64,000 nucleotides of DNA from Bdellovibrionales bacterium (GTDB lineage Bacteria > Bdellovibrionota > Bdellovibrionia > Bdellovibrionales > JAUICD01): contig CBDANC010000014.1 of assembly GCA_965197425.1 (NCBI GenBank), positions 1 through 64,000 on the forward strand. Reading direction: 5' to 3'. Below are positions 60,601-64,000 of the stretch, piece after piece (positions within the stretch are counted from its first letter, which is position 1; each line of letters opens with the position of its first letter). The notes beneath the pieces were generated by a model, which ran no database searches, had not been told where the DNA came from, and was given only the letters and a program-made list of their open reading frames with translations. A program made the translations under genes and the position numbers.

Positions 60601-60832
60601 CTTGACACCTCTTAATTAGAAAATATACCATCCACCAAACATTTTGTTGAATTTTTTTTATTCTTTTAGAAAAAATCCAAAGCTCTCTTGGAATGAATAC
60701 AAATTAAATGGTAAACTAGCAAATTGTATCAAGATTTTAAATAGATAACTCAGATTAAGGGTACAGTGAGATAGACAAATATTTAATAGAGATAGCATAT
60801 TTTTATATTAAGATTATTGTATTAAGGTCATC

Positions 60833-61693
60833 ATGCCGGGATTTAATACTATGTATATGAAAAAGAAAAATTATTTATGTTTACTAGCTTGCTTACTTAC
60901 CTCTTGTGGGGAAAGTTACCAAGAAAAGGGGAGTAGCAACAATAATGACGTTTCCAGCACTGAATTTAATTTAGAAAAGAGGACTACAAGTTCTCTTAGT
61001 CAAGCGTTTCGTTTTAATGTTTCATATAACGATGATAAACCTGTATTAGATGATAGGGTTGTAAGAACCAGGGCCACTGGTATGTGTAATGATGGTACTA
61101 GGAGTTTTAGTTTTGAGGAAGAAATTTCCTCGAACCGTTTCCCTGTTGGTGCGGTATTTCCCCCAGAGTTTTTATTGAAGCTTTATAGGACACGTGAGGT
61201 TTATGACTGTAAATTAGTTTTATATCCACTAGATGAGATGGGTGACACTATACAATATATCAGCCCTGGAACAGTAGAAGTACAATTGCAAAGAGATATG
61301 TCTTTTGGAATAGGATTGTTAGTGGGAGATAGAAGGCCTAGTCTTGGGTATATAATAGGTGATTTGCAAGGTGCTAGAATTTCAGTAGAACCAGTACTTG
61401 GATTTGAAGATCCAAGAGAACATATTAAATTAAGTTTTATTTGTGATAATGGTTCAGAGGAGCTTTTGAGAAGAGAAGGTATTTACAGTACAGATAATAC
61501 CAATGTAATAGTAGGAGATGATCGGCTGATCAATGTATTTACAGAAGATCCGTTTTTGCTGATAGCTCCTGCCAGAAACATGTATGTTATCAAGGATTGG
61601 TTGGGAGAAAGTAACAGTAACTGCATAATAACAAACAGTACCGAAGGTTCACCTTACCTGTTGTGGTCCCATATAATTAACTATTATAATTAA
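60833..61693 (+). CDS. Hypothetical lipoprotein
   Basis: MKKKNYLCLLACLLTSC lipobox; 286-aa ORF. Confidence 0.7.
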   Translation: MPGFNTMYMKKKNYLCLLACLLTSCGESYQEKGSSNNNDVSSTEFNLEKRTTSSLSQAFRFNVSYNDDKPVLDDRVVRTRATGMCNDGTRSFSFEEEISSNRFPVGAVFPPEFLLKLYRTREVYDCKLVLYPLDEMGDTIQYISPGTVEVQLQRDMSFGIGLLVGDRRPSLGYIIGDLQGARISVEPVLGFEDPREHIKLSFICDNGSEELLRREGIYSTDNTNVIVGDDRLINVFTEDPFLLIAPARNMYVIKDWLGESNSNCIITNSTEGSPYLLWSHIINYYN

Positions 61694-61721
61694 CTTATGT
61701 TAATTACTTGAGAGTGTTCAA

Positions 61722-62162
61722 ATGAAGGTTGTGGCAAATAATAAACGTGCCCTATTTGACTACCACATTCTAGACAAATATGAAGCTGGGATAATGTTGT
61801 ATGGAAGTGAAGTGAAATCCATACTTAAGGGCGGGTGTCAGCTTAAGGATTCTTATGTAGATGTAATTGGCAATGAGTTATTTTTATTAAACGCCCATAT
61901 TAGCACTTATCCTGACAGTAGTTACAACAACCATGAGCCGGAGAGGGTTAGAAAACTTTTAATGCACAGACATGAGATAGATAAAATAATAGGTTTTATC
62001 AAGCAAAAAGGCCTAACTGTTGTACCACTCAAAATGTATTTCAAAAGAAAGTGCAAACTAGAACTTGGAATAGCTAAGGGAAAAAAAACACATGACAAAA
62101 GAAGACAAATCAAAGAAAGAGAAGAGAAAAAAAGCCTTGCTAAGGCTATGAAGCTATCTTAG
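61722..62162 (+). CDS. smpB: SsrA-binding protein
   Basis: NKRA.FDY, EAGI.L.GSEVKS, RKLLMH, GKK.HDKR. Confidence 0.97.
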   Translation: MKVVANNKRALFDYHILDKYEAGIMLYGSEVKSILKGGCQLKDSYVDVIGNELFLLNAHISTYPDSSYNNHEPERVRKLLMHRHEIDKIIGFIKQKGLTVVPLKMYFKRKCKLELGIAKGKKTHDKRRQIKEREEKKSLAKAMKLS

Positions 62163-62163
62163 A

Positions 62164-62586
62164 ATGATGCCTGTTTATATTACAAGGGGATTTTATATGA
62201 ATTTTGCAAAAAAACTAGTAGAATGTAGTGTTTTAGCTTTAAGTTTAGTTCTAGCTGGATGTGCAACTTCACCTGAAAAAAAGAGAACTAGTTTCACTCC
62301 CGGCACTGTAAAAGAAAGAATTGTTAAAGGTGTTACAACTCAAACTGATTTGGTAAAATTGTTTGGTTCTCCTAATATTGTATCTAGAAATAAAGACAGT
62401 AAAGAGGTTTGGACTTATTCCAAGCAATCTGCCTCATCAAAAGCTAAGTCATCGTTGTGGACTGTAATTTTTGCTGGTGAACGTTCTGCATACAGCGACA
62501 CAAGCACTGCTAATTTTAGCCTTATCATAACATTCGACAAAAGCGATGTTGTGGAAGATTATTCCATGGTAAGTTCTGAGTTTTAA
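62164..62586 (+). CDS. Small lipoprotein, SmpA/BamE-like; likely start MNFAKK near 62197
   Basis: LAGC lipobox; GVTT..D...LFGSP, EVWTY, I.FD....V. Confidence 0.7.
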   Translation: MMPVYITRGFYMNFAKKLVECSVLALSLVLAGCATSPEKKRTSFTPGTVKERIVKGVTTQTDLVKLFGSPNIVSRNKDSKEVWTYSKQSASSKAKSSLWTVIFAGERSAYSDTSTANFSLIITFDKSDVVEDYSMVSSEF

Positions 62587-62596
62587 GGAGTTTAAT

Positions 62597-63055
62597 ATGA
62601 GACTACTTCTTATTACACTATTGTTGCCATTAACAGCCTGCTTAGCCACTGCCAGCTGGACACCAGATCAAAGGCGTAATTTGCAGCAAAGAGAATTTAA
62701 TACTGATACTAAAACACTATTTAATGCTATCAAAGCTATTCTTAGAGATGATGGTTATATTATAATAAATCAGGATTTAGATGGCGGGTTAATAGTAGCA
62801 TCAAAAGATATATCTGCTGCTGGCTTTTTTGCTGTTCTTGCTAGCCAGGATGATGTATCTGGAAAAGCATATAAGCTATCTTTTGATCTGGAGGAAATCT
62901 CTGAGACAAGAACCAGAACAAGACTCACAATTAATGAGGTGGTCAAATATAAAGGTGGTGGTGAGCAAGGATCAGAGTTGCTAAAACCTGAAATCTACAA
63001 TGCTATCTACCGAGCTCTAACCCATGAAGTGGCTACGAGAAACGCTGTAAAATAA
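62597..63055 (+). CDS. Hypothetical lipoprotein
   Basis: LTAC lipobox; L.DDGY.I...D.D.GLI.A; AAGGAG SD. Confidence 0.7.
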   Translation: MRLLLITLLLPLTACLATASWTPDQRRNLQQREFNTDTKTLFNAIKAILRDDGYIIINQDLDGGLIVASKDISAAGFFAVLASQDDVSGKAYKLSFDLEEISETRTRTRLTINEVVKYKGGGEQGSELLKPEIYNAIYRALTHEVATRNAVK

Positions 63056-63066
63056 TTTCTTTAAAA

Positions 63067-64000
63067 CTAGCTACTCATGGTTTTTTCTATATCATCTACT
63101 TCTTTTGGAGTACTGGTTAAGACCTCGTTTCCGTTCTCGGTTATTAATAAATTATCTTCAATTCTAACCCCGAGTCCTAAAAACTCTTTAGGTGCATACC
63201 CATCATCTGGATTAACATATAATCCTGGTTCTATAGTTATACACATGCCTGGTTCCAAAGCTCTCGGTTTTCCATTAATTTGATATAATCCTGCATCATG
63301 AGTATCTAGGCCCAGATAATGACCTATTTTGTGTGGATAATATCTTTTATAAAATTCTGTCTCAATAATTTCATCTTGTGATTTTTTAAATCCCAACTCT
63401 ACAAGTGAACAAGCCAAGTGTTGTATTGCATTTTTCTGAAGCTCTTCGAAAGAAGAGCCAGGCTTAGTCATATTGATAATATTTTTTTGTGTTTTTAAAA
63501 CCTGTTGGTAGAAATCTTTTTGTGCATTACTAAATTTTCCTGATACTGGAAAGGTTCTAGTAATATCCCCTGCATAGTATTTCCACTCACACCCAGCATC
63601 TATTAAAAATAGATCTCCTTTGTTTAAAACTTCATTGTTGTAGTCATAGTGCAATATGCATGCATTTTTACCTGATGCTACAATTGGATTGTAAGCCACT
63701 CGTCTTGAGCCATTACTTTTATAGGTGTTAAGCAGTATTCCTTCAATTTGATTTTCATTCATACCAGGTTTTGTAGCTTTCATAGCATTGGTTATTGCAA
63801 GGCTGGTTATTTCACATGTTTTTCTCATCCATGCTAGTTCATCTTTTGTTTTTATAACCCTACATTCACCTATTATTTCTGAAGGGTCTTCTATAGATAG
63901 CAGGCCAAAACCAGATCTGCCAGATAAGGCTTTTGTTTTGGTTAAAGCATCAACTATCAATCTATCATAGTAATTATGTTGCCCCAGAGAATAATAGAGC
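63067..64000 (-). CDS. pepP: Xaa-Pro aminopeptidase (M24), 5' end beyond the window
   Basis: R.IK..DE, LHY, DAG, DITRT, H.IGH.LGLD.HD, TIEPG.Y, GVRIED. Confidence 0.92.
   Translation of the reverse strand, partial: LYYSLGQHNYYDRLIVDALTKTKALSGRSGFGLLSIEDPSEIIGECRVIKTKDELAWMRKTCEITSLAITNAMKATKPGMNENQIEGILLNTYKSNGSRRVAYNPIVASGKNACILHYDYNNEVLNKGDLFLIDAGCEWKYYAGDITRTFPVSGKFSNAQKDFYQQVLKTQKNIINMTKPGSSFEELQKNAIQHLACSLVELGFKKSQDEIIETEFYKRYYPHKIGHYLGLDTHDAGLYQINGKPRALEPGMCITIEPGLYVNPDDGYAPKEFLGLGVRIEDNLLITENGNEVLTSTPKEVDDIEKTMSS

Overview
AT-rich bacterial chromosomal segment. Gene content suggests Bdellovibrionota/Oligoflexia (inference only): mevalonate pathway, pilHI-pilD-pilMNOPQ, tad secretin/ATPase, long LspA, many lipoproteins. 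It is mostly housekeeping and envelope genes: lnt, clpX-like, rpoN, two tRNA-Leu, rpmI-rplT-mva operon, tolAB, two trigger-factor paralogs, fab cluster, RND efflux, rsmA, tsaD, smpB, pepP. The most unusual signals are non-coding or architectural. (1) A mosaic, hairpin-rich dispersed repeat family has about 10 copies (~2 kb) built from shuffled modules; it supplies stop codons or C-termini to four genes and abuts a tRNA CCA end. (2) A four-helix-bundle (23S-IVS/Avd-like) gene is bracketed by direct 8-mer tandem arrays, with its SD inside a ~30-bp hairpin. (3) An ankyrin gene lies between a DEDDh exonuclease and a duplicated, alternative 3' end of that exonuclease. (4) A three-hairpin, C-rich-loop sRNA candidate lies on the minus strand. 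(5) Three secreted ankyrin proteins share a post-signal CxxxL motif. Frameshifts clustered in the first 3.6 kb are probably assembly indels. All calls are by eye; no searches were run.
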